A stretch of DNA of 59,360 nucleotides, the filler included, from Sluysia triapertura (Eukaryota), in the NCBI GenBank assembly GCA_046118255.1. It is 5 parts of 5 records of this genome, joined end to end, with 100 filler letters (N's around TTAATTAATTAA, not from the genome) between each part and the next. Parts side by side here need not be neighbours in the genome. Positions count along the whole stretch, not along the records: positions 1 to 11,076 come from JBJNIA010189298.1; positions 11,177 to 23,301 come from JBJNIA010136951.1; 3 more parts are not named here. The stretch is one strand, 5' to 3'. Of this stretch, positions 1-13,285 are shown one piece after another. The notes beneath the pieces are model-generated. The model was not told where the DNA came from and did no database searches. It saw only the letters and a program-made list of their open reading frames with translations. The position numbers and the translations under genes were made by a program. Positions within the stretch are counted from its first letter, which is position 1, and every line of letters starts with the position of its first letter.

Positions 1-918
1 GACTTATTATAAAAATCCACTTTTTTCTTTTTAATAGCTTGGAATAGTATATTACGAGATTTTATGTATTCATTCTTCGTTTTATCAGTTTTTTGACTTC
101 GCCATTTCCTTTCTTTGCACCGATATGAAGATGAGATTGTAAAACTACTACAAATACAACAAGTCTTAACAATAAAAAAGGCAAGACATTAAATTTTGTT
201 TGAATTGGTGAGATTTAACAATGTATAATATTGTAAGAATTGTGTTTGTATTTTATGTGTATTGTTTGAAGAGTTTGTTTAATATCTTATTTATGAGGAG
301 TATATTATTTTGTTTTATTGTGATTTTGCTTGCAATTATAATGTACTGATTTTGTGCTAACTACAGGAATAAAGAACCTTTTCATAAAATTATAATAGGA
401 AGTGACAGGTTGCCAAAACAGAATTGTTTCTTTTAATACTACGGCAGAAATCATGACCACGATAAACCTTACATTTATTGTGAGTATATAAATGTATATA
501 AAAATATATATTTTTGTAATTTAATCCTCTGGATATTTCAGATTCGACTAAAAAATAAATTTAATTTAAAATAATTTGGTTGTTTCACACAAAGTAATAG
601 CTGGACATGAGGTATAATTTTCTCAAAAATAAAATATTTTGAAATAATTTTGTATTGTTTGTATAATCTTATTTCGCAATTATATAATATTTCCTATGAC
701 CAACATAGTTACAAAATTCATATGTAGTTCTTATAATTTTATCTAATTGCAGCAGCTATTTTTAAAAATATTTATTTAGTACAAATTTTGTTATTTTAAT
801 TTAATATTTATTTTTTATCTTTAATTGGTAACTTAACTATTTTATATTGCATTTCTTTGATATAAATATGATATTTATAATTATTCTCTTTATTTAATAA
901 ATTTTACTGTTTTAATAG

Positions 919-3900
919 AAGAAACAAAAAATGATTTAGATAAACTCGAAAAAGCTAAGGAGTTTTTAAAAACTGAACAGGAAAAAATAAATTTTAAGAA
1001 GAATTTGAAAGCACGCAATATAAATATAAAGTATCCGGATGAATCGTATTTTCGAACTAAAAATTCAACTGTAAAGAAAAATTCAGGTTTTGTGAAAAAA
1101 ATTAAAATTTTCACTGAATCAAATCGCAGTAACTTAATTAAAGAATTAAAAGATTTGAATTTAACGAGATACATTGAAGAAATTGCCGGCGCTATAATCG
1201 ACTGTAAAATAAAAATTACTGATATTAATGCTATGTTGGAATTATGTACAGAGATTAACCAATATTATCAAGATTTTCATAAATATTTACTAGAATATTG
1301 GCGAAAGCAATTTCATACATATCGAGAAGAATCAAAAATACCATTCAAAATTAAGATTGATTTAAAATTATTTTTGGATTTAATTTTGATTAACATAATA
1401 CCAATGAATGATGGTTTGAAGTTGCTTTATGGTACCTTGAATCATTTAATAAATTCGGATACTGATGAGCATGCCAGTTTGATCGTAATTTTGTCATTTC
1501 TTAAATATTCATCATATGACTTGTTGGGTACTTTGCCACGATTATTGAAGTGAGTTTATTTTTTTTTACATTTTTACAAAATTTTTTAAAGCATTTAACA
1601 TAATTTTACATGTTTTCGTTTTAGATATGATTGTAAAACATTGAAATTGAATTTTGAAGAGCTTCCCGTTAATGAGTTTATTTCAAAAGAATATTCTGAA
1701 AAATTTGGAGTGCTTTTCAGTAATTATCATTCAAATATTGTGTATCAGTGTAAACAGCTTCACTGTTCCTTTAGTAATACTAAAGATGCAAATACCAATA
1801 TTTTGATGTCAAAAGGCGAAGTATCTAAAGAGCGGGAAGATCGCTTGACGAATATAAAAGAAAAATTTGAGAAATTACATAGTCTAATGAACAGTTTTTC
1901 TGATATTTGTGACTTCGATGTTCCAGAATTCAAGGAAATTGATATTGAACGTTAATTTTATTTGTTTTATTTTGACTAAATTTCATCTTAAACATCCAAC
2001 GGATACTTTAGGTTCTAGCCTATATTCTTGTATGTGAAAATTTAAATTTGAACTGTATAAATAGTGTTTTATCGAATGTTTTAGAATTTCTTGATTCACA
2101 AAGGTAAAATATAAATCTTCACTTCATTGCGATTCTTTATTTAATCTGCTTTATATTATCGCTTAAGGTTTATTTGCAAAGTTTGAATTTGTAGAAAATG
2201 CATGAAAGTGAAACATAAACGAATAAATATCTTTGAGATCTATAAGTATCTGCTTCATAAAATGAGTATTTATTTAAAATTGTATCTCTGAAATAATTCT
2301 TCAATATTTAAGATTGTTGTAGTTCAAGATCTCTTTATAGAAGGGATTAAATCTAACAATTCAATGTTAAGTTAAGGTAATGTCATTACTTAAATTAATT
2401 TACTTTAAGTTAAGTGATAATTAAATTAACTTTTTACTGGAAATTTGAAACAATTAATAAAATCGGATTCAAATAACACGTGACAATAAAATTTTGAATA
2501 TTCTGGACTTTAATATGCAAGGTTTTATTAAAGGATGTTAGAATTGTGGCAACGCATATATCAGTATAAAGATGGTTAGATAGAGATGAACAAATGTGAC
2601 AAAAATTGATGAGGACGAAAAGAGAATGATAATAGAAGATGAAAAGCAAGTATTTCATAATCCTCAACTAATTTGACATTCTCTGGTAGTACTGGTTGTG
2701 TATTTTTGAAACATAAACGATATACAACCTATTATCTAGCTCTTATTATCACTGTGGATTCTGTATAGATTATTATTATGTCTCATTTTTTAATTATTTC
2801 TGAAAGACATTCAAGACTTCCGTAATGTAAGCATTTAAATTATTGTTATGATTTTAAATTATATTCTTTCTTTTATTGGCAACCAATGAATTCCTTAAGA
2901 TAATGTGTTATATGAGATCTTCCCAGTTGGAGAATTGGTCTTGTGTTTAATTAATTATTAATTGTAATTTTTTCACTTTTCTATCTGAAATTAAGTACAA
3001 TAAACCATTGTTAAAATCTGTTAATTATTAATGAATGAACAATAAGTTTAGGTGTTTCTTTATTAATAAATTTTCGAATATTTGATATTTTATTTAATTG
3101 ATATTTACACTTTTTAACAATACAATTAATATTTTCTTCCATGTTCACTTTTGAATTCATATAACAACCTATATTTCGTACTTTTTGCTTCGTATCTAGT
3201 GTCTCTTACCACCGAGAAGTTAACTTTGCTTCATTTATTTTGGTAATGTCGCTATTTTTATTACTAAATATTCTCAAGTATTTATTTCCAAACCATTTTA
3301 TCAATTCAGATACTATGGTATTTAAAACCATGTGATTCGATTATACTTGAAACATCATTGATGTATATTATAAACAATAATATTTATTAAATTATTTACT
3401 AAACAAACAAACAACAATAACAACTTGACAAAATCGGAGATAGTCGAAATAATTCGATTCCGTGAAAATATACACAATACTAAATTAATATTAATTCTGC
3501 TATCTTGGAATAAGTTGTAGTATTTATCATATTTCATCTATTTGTTTGGATTAGTAATTTGAGCTATTGCAGTATGAATTCGGTGTGAAAGTAAGATATA
3601 ATTCTGTTAAATTTGTCTTAATTGGAAATCACATTCCGAAATACATTACACAAGGAACCTTACGCAACACGTGTTTTATATAATATATAATTTGTGTATT
3701 ATGTGGTTTGTCACTTTACTATTTCTTTGAATATTAATTCTATTTTATTAATATTTTAGAAGCTATGAATGATCCAACTGAAATTCAAGAACAAGAAGTA
3801 AGTTGTTCATTGTACTGCTTTAAATGATGGATAATAAGAAACCGTTAGCGAACCAATCAAAAAGAATCTTCTTTTATATTGGTTTGCTAATGATTTAGCT

Positions 3901-5881
3901 CGAACCTGTGATTAGTTTGTACGTAAGTTGGTTGATTGGTGTGTTTTAGGTTTTGGATGTGGTGATATTAAATTGGAATCAGTTTTTTGCTTTATAATCA
4001 ACAAAGAAACGTTAATACTTTACAAATTTATAGTATTTCTACGTCTGCAATCCTAAATAAATAAAATACAATAATAACGCAAAGTAGTAAATATAACAAT
4101 TATCAATCGTAAACGTCCAATAGATACCAAACTGGTGTGTGAGGCCGTACATTAATTCTAACACTAACACAGCAATATTGTCAAATCATATATTTCCCAT
4201 TGTTTTGTGACCTATATAAGGGTTTCCTGGAGTTACATTTGGTAGCATTAATTTGTTTAGTGATGTTAGCGATATTTGTGTTTCGTATTTTATAAATGAA
4301 TTGATTAGATCATCTAATTGTGTAATAAATATATCTGTGTTGATTGGACAACGAGTGTGATAACAAAAAATTTGATTTACCATTTGAAGGCAATTTTGGA
4401 ATAGTCGGAATTGCTCTATCAATTTATGGGGGCCATTAGAAAACGTTATTATTTAGTAATATTTTATTGTTATAACATCTAATGATAGTCGATGGCTGTA
4501 GATTAGCGTTTGTAGAACCTTAGAACCGTGCAACCAGTAGGAGCATGTAACATTTAATATTATGTATAAGGCATTTGTATACATCATGTAGGTGCGACTC
4601 TTTGACTACTTAAAATAAATAAACCTTACTCTCTGTCAACCAGGAGTAATTTCCAGTTTATTAACACTACATTCAATTTTGACACAATAATTCTCACTCT
4701 AACTAAAATCTAACTCACAGCTTGTGTCTGAGCGAAACCACTAGTAAACCAATATAAAATGTGGATGGTTTAAAGGTATTCTGCTCATTGGGCAGTTTGG
4801 AAATTTCTGATATATCTAAATCCTTATCCGATAATGTGTCATATAGGCAAACCAATGCAAATACAAATAACAAATGATGGAATAGACATAAATTCCAAAG
4901 AGGAATACTACGATTATCCACAGCTGTTGCAATTTTTTATACATAATGAACATTTGAAGTTTTGAAACTATTTTTATTGTAATTTTATAAATATCCCCGT
5001 ACAATCTAAAATCATTTCTGCTTCATTGTTAATTATTATTTTCAATTTTAATTTTGCGGTATCAAACCTTATGTGGAAAGAAGAAACATTGTAGGATTGC
5101 AAACACTGACGATCTTTTGGGCGGAAACAAAGCCATTCCGAGGAAGATTCTTTATTTGTCATAAATATTCTATCATACACGAAGAAAAGCAAAAAGCTAA
5201 ATTTCTAGTGCGTGTGGTACATGCAACAACTATGCTTGTCTTTTACATACAAAGAAGGGAATAATAATTTGTAATGATATTATAATATTATGCAATTTTT
5301 TGAAAATACAGAAATATGTATTGTGAACAATTTTGTCCATGCTTGGTAATCGACGTAATATTTTCTTTAAATATTTTTTATTTAGTACAAAATCAAATTA
5401 ATCTGCAATTTCAGATGACGAATGATCACGGAACCGATTTATTTGATGATTTGGAAAGTAAAGAATTCTACTTACAGTTACTGGATCTTAAATCAATTTT
5501 ACCCGGGGTTAGTTTGAAATAAATTATCTAGTAATAACGTATTACATTCATCCACCATTGTTTTGAAATCATGTGCATTTAATAATTTTCGGAGTGTGCT
5601 TCCGAGTTCTTTATTAGATTTTATAACAATAATCATGTTATAAGTTTAGAAATTGAAGTAATTTTAATAAAACAAATATTTATTGGCGAATTTTTTGAAT
5701 AAAAATAACGATGAACAGTTCAAAAAAGTGATGCTAAATATCGACTAGAAAATAAATTTAAATAAAACTCGATTTTTCTCCCACACATCTGCTTTTTGTC
5801 TTGAAGATTTTGAATACCTAGAGAGCATCTTGGCATTTTTCATCTTGTCAACGATCTACAACAAATTGTATGCCAGGAATA

Positions 5882-5924
<43 letters not shown>

Positions 5925-6427
5925 AAGATGTAAATGAATAACCTTTTGATCTGGTCGTTATAGACGAGAAGAATCAAGATAACAATTATTAAATTTATTA
6001 TTGCGATCGACTCTTCAACTGAAGAATGTTTATCCATAAGGGTTTCCATGGAAATGGGATCTAACATTTCTAAATATAATTTGACTTTGTCTAAATCTGT
6101 TTTAATATTTTTCTTTTCTTTTTTTCCTATTATTTTTCGTGTTTCATTTAAATTTATTTCAATTTTTTAAACTTTTGTCGACATAGTTACAGAAATATTT
6201 CAATTTTAAATTAGTCTTTTTGAAGAATTTTTACTAATTATTTTATAACTGGATCAACGTCAATATAATAGATATTCGTACACTTTCGGATGTTTAATAT
6301 TCTGCTGCATCCTGTAATTCAACAAGCCCAACATTAGGCGTAGAACTCAGTTCACAAAATGCCAAAACTTTTTGCATTCAAATACATCTTCCTGCCGATT
6401 GAACTTGGATTTTCGAAAGTTATCATC

Positions 6428-6474
<47 letters not shown>

Positions 6475-9394
6475 TTAGATTTGCTATAAAGATGCTGAAG
6501 AAAACCAAGAAAATAAAGAAGAAGAGCCCGATGTTGATGCTGGTGTGTAATAATTTTTATTTCTATTTTAGACTAATAATTTGACGTGAAAACAATCCAT
6601 TTTTCAACTCCAATATGAATTATTAATATAATCATTATTATTATTATTATTGTTGCTGTCATGTGTTATTTGATTGGTAGTTTAAATCTGGCAATTAACA
6701 ATATACAATATCCGGACACTCTATTATTGGGATCATCATTTAAAAAATAAAATGCATAATTAATTAATGTTCCATCAATACATTAATGATAAATTATAAA
6801 TCGTCTGAAAAAGGTGATAAGGGAAAAAAATAAGACGATAGATTACGGTGTTGGAATATCGACCCTGTGCAACATTTGGAAAAATAAAGATTTGTATCAA
6901 TTTATTGAAACAATTTTCATAAAACAAAACTTAATAATTTGAATTTAATCATCTATGCGAACTAATAAGATAATTGAATTAAATCTAATAACCAATTTCA
7001 GAAGTGGATATGGATCTTTTGGAAGAAGAAGTTGATGGCGAAGAAGTAGATGAATCGGAGATATTGGAATCCCAAACTGGATCAGATACTAATATTGATG
7101 CAGTAGGAATTGGGAATGAAGACAATACTATAGCCGAAGACAAAAAACTAGACGATACAAATGACACTACATCGGGCATTGGAACTTCGAAATCAGCAAG
7201 GCTGCCTTTGGATCAATTTCTGGGTACTTTACCGAACTGTGCCAATCTAGTGTTGATAGACAAAGTTTCACAAGAGTTCTGCGAGCAGTATAACACGAAA
7301 GGCAGCCGCGCTCGCTTGGCCAGAGAATTGTTCAGTGTTCCGCGATCTAGATTAGATCTTTTACCGTTTTATGCACGTCTTGTTGCCAATATCAATCAAA
7401 TTACGGTGGGGGTGAGTGATTAATGTGAATAGGTTTTCCATCTTGCATTACAACTTGTTTTAATTACAGGTCACACAAGAATTGAATCGTTTGTTGCTAG
7501 CAGATTTTCGATTTCTGCTGAAGAAATTCCAATTAAATAACTTGGAGACGAAAATAAAAACCATGCGTTTTTTGGCCGAATTGGTGAAGTTCAACTTACT
7601 ACCTAAATCTGATGCTCTCTTTTGTATCAAGCAGCTGTTGATTTCGAAGTCCGCCATAACTTTTACCAGCAACCACCGCTTCGAGATGTTGTGTACATTT
7701 CTGGAGTATTGTGGTCGATATCTCTACAGAAACCCCGCCTCCCACAACCGAATGACTGCATACTTGAAAATAATGGAGAGGAAGCGACTATTGATCGCTA
7801 ATAATCCATATTACACGACGATGTTCGATAATGCTATTCTTTATTGTAATCCTCCAGCAGAAGCTCAATTTGCGTTGTTGTATCAGCAAGAAGAATTGAC
7901 GGCGCCGCAGAAATTCTTGAAAAAAATAATTCACTGTGATTTGTCAAAATCAAACATTGATAAAGTCTTTAAAATGGTACGCAAATTCAATTGGAAAGAT
8001 AAAGAGGTTGGTTGAATATTTTCATTGATCCTAGACCGACTGACTGAATGTTGTTTATTTCAGATGGTGGAATACGGGATCCGCATATTCACAGAAGTGT
8101 GGAATGTGAAATTCAACAATGTGTCGTGTCTAGCCAGTATTCTGGCTGGTCTAGCTCCTTATTATCAGGACCTGGTTATTAGTGTCATCGATAACACCAT
8201 AGAGCAGATACGAACTGGACTCGAAGTAAGTTATTTTGGTGTAATTTCTCTGCACATTTTGTGTGTGAAGTGTGGTTGAAAGAGTAGTTCATTTGATTTA
8301 GGAAAATGACCCCAAAGACAATCAGAAAAGAATCAGTGTGATCCGTTACCTTGGTAATTTGTACGTATACAAATTAGTGTCTTCTAGTATCATCTTCAAT
8401 GTTTTATATTCATTAATATCATTTGGAGTTATGAATGAGGGTTAATTAATTAATTATTGATTTATTTTTATTCTTTTGTGCAGAATTGGATCCACAAGAT
8501 AGTTTTTTTCGAATAAATTTGATTTACTCCTTATTGGATAACTGTGGGAGCTATTTCAAAACCGGGAGTGCTGGTAAGAAAATCGACATATATTTCTTGT
8601 ATCTTCAAGTAAGTTCTCAATTGTTTTATTTTATAGTATTTATTTTTTGAAATTTTCTTCTAATTTTGATCCACTAAGTCTTTGAGGTGATATCTTTTGA
8701 GCTGATATTTTGTCTACTTTTGAAACATTCAAGCCATTCATTTGAAGCTTTAAACGTATTTTACTTGCAATTCTTAGTGCTACAATATTTTCTTAACAAA
8801 TCACTCTTATACACTAAGCTATCAATTTTTAAAATGGAGAAGTTCGTATAAACTCTTTGTATCTTTAAACTCATTTTTATTTACAAAATCCACTTTATTT
8901 TTAAGAATTTATGTTATAACTCCAATAAGCATGTTAAATTCCGCTGCCAGATTTTCTTCGAGTATAAAAGCCCTTTATTTGATTATTTGATAGTCTCTCA
9001 GATTTCGTTGTATATATTACAAGCTATTGATACTAAACTTTAATCATGAATTTTCTTTCAGCGATATTTTTTGTTCAAACGGCAAGTCGAAAAAGAAAAG
9101 GAAAAGATATTGCAAAAACTGATACAAGCTGAAAAAGAAGGTTTAACAGTTGAAGATAAATTAAAGAAAGAAAGAGAAATGTGTGATATTAATAATGAAG
9201 CAGATAAAAAAGAATCGGTTGGAAAAGAAGAACAGAAGCAAGACAAAGAGGAAGAGGAAGAAGGAGTGCGATCTATGTATGATGTTCTAATAAATAATCA
9301 ATTATTCGATATGATTAAATCTATCAGACCTAAATGTCGAATATTCAAGAATTACAATGCTTGCGTGGAAGCAGTGAACAAATTGGAAAGTGGG
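919..9394 (+). CDS. UPF2: Regulator of nonsense transcripts 2 (UPF2), multi-exon, partial (5' exon and 3' end not found)
   Basis: Phase-consistent GT-AG exons: 919-1549, 1625-1950, 3760-3797, 5415-5507, 6479-6542, 7002-7411, 7470-8006, 8064-8225, 8302-8440, 8484-8608, 9062-9394. UPF2 motifs: STVKKNSGFVKKIK..LNLTRYIEEI (MIF4G-1), LFDDLESKEFY..LLDLKSILP, LPNCAN..LID..RLDLLPFYARLVA and RFLAELVKF..FLEYCGRYLYR (MIF4G-2), IRTGLEENDPKDNQKRISVIRYLGNLY and LDPQDSFFRI..LLDNCGSYF (MIF4G-3). Confidence 0.95.
2660..3370 (-). mobile_element. Decayed L2/CR1-group non-LTR retrotransposon RT C-terminal fragment in UPF2 intron 2
   Basis: Near-colinear copy of 58400-59290; encodes broken KLIVHSLIIN.DFNNGLL and SHITHYLKE.(W)LPIKERI motifs. 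Confidence 0.75.
4900..5330 (+). mobile_element. piggyBac transposase 3' remnant (Cys-rich C-terminal domain) in UPF2 intron 3
   Basis: Across frameshifts reads KPYVERR..RGR(F)FIC..SACGTCNNYACLLH; inverted copy at 39010-39350. Confidence 0.6.
6770..6900 (+). mobile_element. pogo/Tigger (CENP-B-like) N-terminal HTH remnant
   Basis: Frameshifted IINRL(E)KGDKGKKI..DYGVGISTLCNIWKNKD matches the Tigger HTH-psq pattern. Confidence 0.6.
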
Positions 9395-9421
9395 GTAATC
9401 TTTTTATTTTCTATTTTAACT

Positions 9422-9589
9422 TGTTTAACAACTACCACCATCAAATCATTCTAAAGCGAGCTCATAAATAAAGTCTAACTTGAATGATCGACTTCTGAAT
9501 TTCGGAAATAATCTATTAATTTCTACCAATAAAGGGGAGAAAATGAATTGTAATTTTCTTAGTATTGTAAATATCTTAGTATTATAACA
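9422..9589 (-). mobile_element. Putative 3' LTR (168 bp, TGTTAT...TAAACA)
   Basis: TG...CA ends with imperfect terminal inverted repeat; directly preceded on the minus strand by the purine tract AAAGGAATTTGGAGAGA (9590-9606, PPT-like). Confidence 0.55.
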
Positions 9590-9757
9590 TCTCTCCAAAT
9601 TCCTTTCGAATGTTGCAATCTTCGGCAGAGTGCTTGATAGTAGTGCGGCTTCTAAGCACGCCATTTAACTCATTTTTAGCTCTACAGGTACACATTGAAT
9701 GGAGAGCCCACTTTCCCTTGTTGCTTGTCGAATTGACTTTTGCGTGGTACGGGTAAA

Positions 9758-11076
9758 CTACCTCAGGGTTTCCGGATTTGGAAGGGCGACAGATTCTTCG
9801 GGTATTAGCCACAGATCCCGTGTCATGAGTATGGATTTATGCTTGATTGTAATTTTGTTTTTATTATGATTTGAGGGCTTATAATTAAACGAAACTTGTT
9901 GATATTTGAAGAAGTTAAACCTTGCAATGTTAAACATGTTTATCATATAACTAGAATTTAATAGTTCAGGTGTACTAATGTAACTTTGTATCAGAAATGA
10001 AACCTTAATAACTCTATAGTATTGAAATTTATCTGAATTAATTATATGATTGTTATAAAAAGCATTTTTGTCTCCTAAACATTCGATTACTATATTACGT
10101 TCTTGGAGTTTCTTTACGTCTATCTTATATTTAGATTGACGGATAATTTTATTAAAATTTGGCTTATTATATAGCTTAACATATTTGTTAGTTTCATGAT
10201 TATGGAATTTATTATTTACGTTTATATGATATAAATGAAACACTATAAGACTTTTAAAATAAGAATTTATTACACCAATTATTTTGCCTAAATTTTTGTA
10301 CATAATTTCTAAAATTGGAAGTTGCTGCGTCTTTTCATTTCTGGATCCAGTTTTGCACCTAGATGCACTAAATATCCTGTAATAAATAATATAAGAGTGT
10401 TCATGATGAAGAAAAATATGAATAAAATCAAATAGAAAATTATTACTTTCTGTATCTCCGTATTTGGTTAGTTTAGCCATCTCTTGTAGGTCATCTTTAA
10501 CATCTCTAGATTCCTTCTCCCTTCTTAAAAGCCCACGAGTAGATCTGCCATAATCAGGATCATCATATACATCAGGACATGCGCATGCTACGTAATTTCC
10601 ATAAGTCAATTCAACTTTTTCTTCATCCAAATTACGTTTGTCATCCTTATTACTTGCGTGTATCATTACATAACTTGATTTTAGTTCGATTCTTGTGAAT
10701 TTAGTCTCTTGATTCTTGTAATTGGATTCATAATATAATCTTGTGTTCTCATTCGCTAATAACTGTTTCGAGATGGCATTGAAATTTGAACTTCGTTCGA
10801 TTGGCTCTAAACCGGTATTTACTGTAAAATTTTGGTCCGGAGATAAATACTGCATTTGCCTAATACATAGTACTGGTTGGTTAACATCTGACGCATAATT
10901 GTTATTTTTAGATTGTAGTTTTCTAATTTGAGTTCTTTTGATTTTTCTAATACGTTTGTAGTTTCGATGAATTTTTAAATTTGTATTCTGACAGACTTGA
11001 TTAACAGTTTTATTAATTTTTGTATGATTATTAGGATCATCTTGAATCACTTGAAATACTTCGTTTGCTTTTGTAG
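9758..11076 (-). CDS. Intronless ORF of >430 aa, open to the contig edge; probable 3' part of an LTR retroelement ORF ('GSRNE' family)
   Basis: The frame stays open to the gap at 11076; shares blocks with 48673-50130; ends PETLR*FTRTTQKSIR (like the LRRSTR..P.R pol tail) upstream of a PPT and LTR. Confidence 0.6.
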
Positions 11077-11176
11077 NNNNNNNNNNNNNNNNNNNNNNNN
11101 NNNNNNNNNNNNNNNNNNNNTTAATTAATTAANNNNNNNNNNNNNNNNNNNNNNNNNNNNNNNNNNNNNNNNNNNN
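11077..11176. other. Assembly gap with artificial TTAATTAATTAA linker (also 23302-23401, 35464-35563, 47910-48009)
   Basis: 44 N + TTAATTAATTAA + 44 N, identical at four positions; the linker gives stops in all six frames. Confidence 0.95.
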
Positions 11177-11198
11177 ATTATTATTATTATTATTATTA

Positions 11199-11253
<55 letters not shown>

Positions 11254-11262
11254 CATTATCAC
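11177..11262. repeat. (ATT)n microsatellite
   Basis: Direct. Similar tracts at about 5883-5922, 6430-6472, 23174-23301, 29553-29625, 30418-30482, 45156-45183. Confidence 0.95.
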
Positions 11263-11411
11263 TATTAGTCCTAAGAAAAGCGCTTAATTTAATTTAACGA
11301 ATATCACTATTAATGAAAATAGTTGTAAATATAATTTTAAATTATGAATATTATCAAATTACACTAAATAATGATAATTTTAATGCTGTTTTGTTAAATT
11401 TCTCACAAACA

Positions 11412-11510
11412 ATGCTTGGATCTTATTACTGCGAATGTAAGGACACACCGTAAGAGCCTGTGTCGTCTGCCTATTCGTATCTCATATTTTAGCTGCTTTA
11501 TGATATTATT
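11412..11510 (+). mobile_element. Decayed SWIM zinc-finger fragment (ISL2EU/Harbinger-associated type)
   Basis: MLGSYYCECK...SHILAAL*YYL across a stop and a frameshift resembles YC.CK.G.RT.GCC.H.A..LWYL. Confidence 0.4.
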
Positions 11511-12879
11511 TAAATTGTCCTTGTTTTACTCGAAGGCGTGTGATTGTGTGTTCAGTATTAATCTGTCCAATGAGAACGAGAATCCCCAATAATCACTCTT
11601 TACGAAGAGTATTTTGAAATTAACCTATTTTCAGAACTGATTTCACTTCTAACTTCACAACAAAATATTGGAATCGTGTGACATTATTTTATCTTGATTA
11701 TTTTGATTTAATATTTGAGTTATTATAGATTTTATTGCGTAATTCTTGCGATATTAGTACTCTGTGACAGGCGTGTGCGCCCCATCTTAATAAAAAATCA
11801 TAACCTCACTATAAAAAAAACTTCATAAATAAAATAAACACCTTTTTAATAACAAAATGTATTTTTCTATTTTATAGTCCTCTATAGGAATCTAAATTAA
11901 CTCACGTATAAGTTCAGATTGAGTTTATATACATCAATCTAATTCACATAAATGAAATTGTCCCGCATCCGAGAAAATATATTAGGTCTAATTTCACTTT
12001 ATTCGAAATTCTAATATCAACTGTAGTACGTTATTCGGACATATTTTCTAAATTCTATTTCCATTCCATTACCTTTTTCTGATCATATCTCCTAGATTAA
12101 ACTTTTAAATCTCCTAATTTAAACTTTTGAATTAAAAGTTCAGAAAATTAGTGCCAGGCAACCTATTTCTTAACCCATTTAGTTGAATCAAAAAAATCAA
12201 CAATGGTTAATATAACGTAACTATATTTAAGTTAATTTAAGTGGAACCAAGCAATAGCATCAATTGATTTATAAAATGCAAAAACATCAAAAATATAAAC
12301 AAAATGGTGTATTTATTAGTGCATCACTTTTACTTATGGAGTGTCGGAATAAATAATGATTGTTTATGATAAATGATTGTCTCATGTGACCTATTTTTTA
12401 TGAATGTTTTGTCGTGAATTTTACTCGCTCTTAAATTATATTTCTATTATTACCTTTTTGCAATAACAATCATATACCTTTAATTATAAAACTTAATATT
12501 GATCTCTCGATATAAGTAACTAAATATAAAATACAAGCATTATATTAAAATAAATAATAAATGTAACGAATGCATTTTCACTATTGATACAGTTCATACA
12601 GTATTTTTACAACCAAAAACCAACTATAACAATATTATTGAGAATGGACTTAGGGCTCGTCCTAGCACTAGAGTACCTATTCTATCTTGGAAAGGATTAT
12701 AATAATCTCAATTATTACAAATCGGTTTAGTGAAAAATAATGAAATTGAAAATAACGCATATCAGCGCAAATCTTTAAAAAAGTTTAGATCAACTTTAGA
12801 TGAACTTACAGATGTAGTAATTATTTTATTAACATCAGAATAAATAGGTCGTTGATAACGTTATAAATCTGTTCTACGA

Positions 12880-13285
12880 TATAAAACTGATGCCATCTTA
12901 AAAAATTGTTTTAAACTCTATTTTATTGATGAAAAATTGTACCATGAAATTATTTTCAATATCAATTGATCATTTGTCAAATATAAAAGTTAGACAAAGG
13001 TCACGTTACATTTATAAAATAATTAATGCTACAAATAAGCAATCATTTGGTGAAATCATCAAACTAAAATTTCTACACTTCATTGAATGACTCTTCTTAC
13101 CAATATTTGTCTCCATAATTATAATTTAGCACGATTTATATTGTAATATAATAACACTTATGGTTGTAAACATTTTAAACATGTCTTGGATTCTGATAAC
13201 GTGTAATATGCACTGAATATACATTTGGAGATAGTCTTCTCCTTATGGAATTTCTTTGGTCGAAAAGAATGACTGCACAGCTAAC
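12880..13285 (-). mobile_element. Possible decayed THAP / HTH-DDE transposase fragment
   Basis: Broken CSHSF (THAP-like) and MKCRKF*FDDF (HTH-like) segments, convergent with the SWIM fragment as in ISL2EU elements. Weak. Confidence 0.25.

Noticed and set aside
453-611. Candidate UPF2 first exons (ATG at 453 with donor at 480; ATGAG|gt near 607)
   Set aside because: Neither gives the phase-1 junction needed at 919; left unresolved.
890-9246. Antisense ORFs over UPF2 exons (890-1174, 6985-7179, 7460-7672, 9058-9246)
   Set aside because: Shadow frames of the real coding strand.
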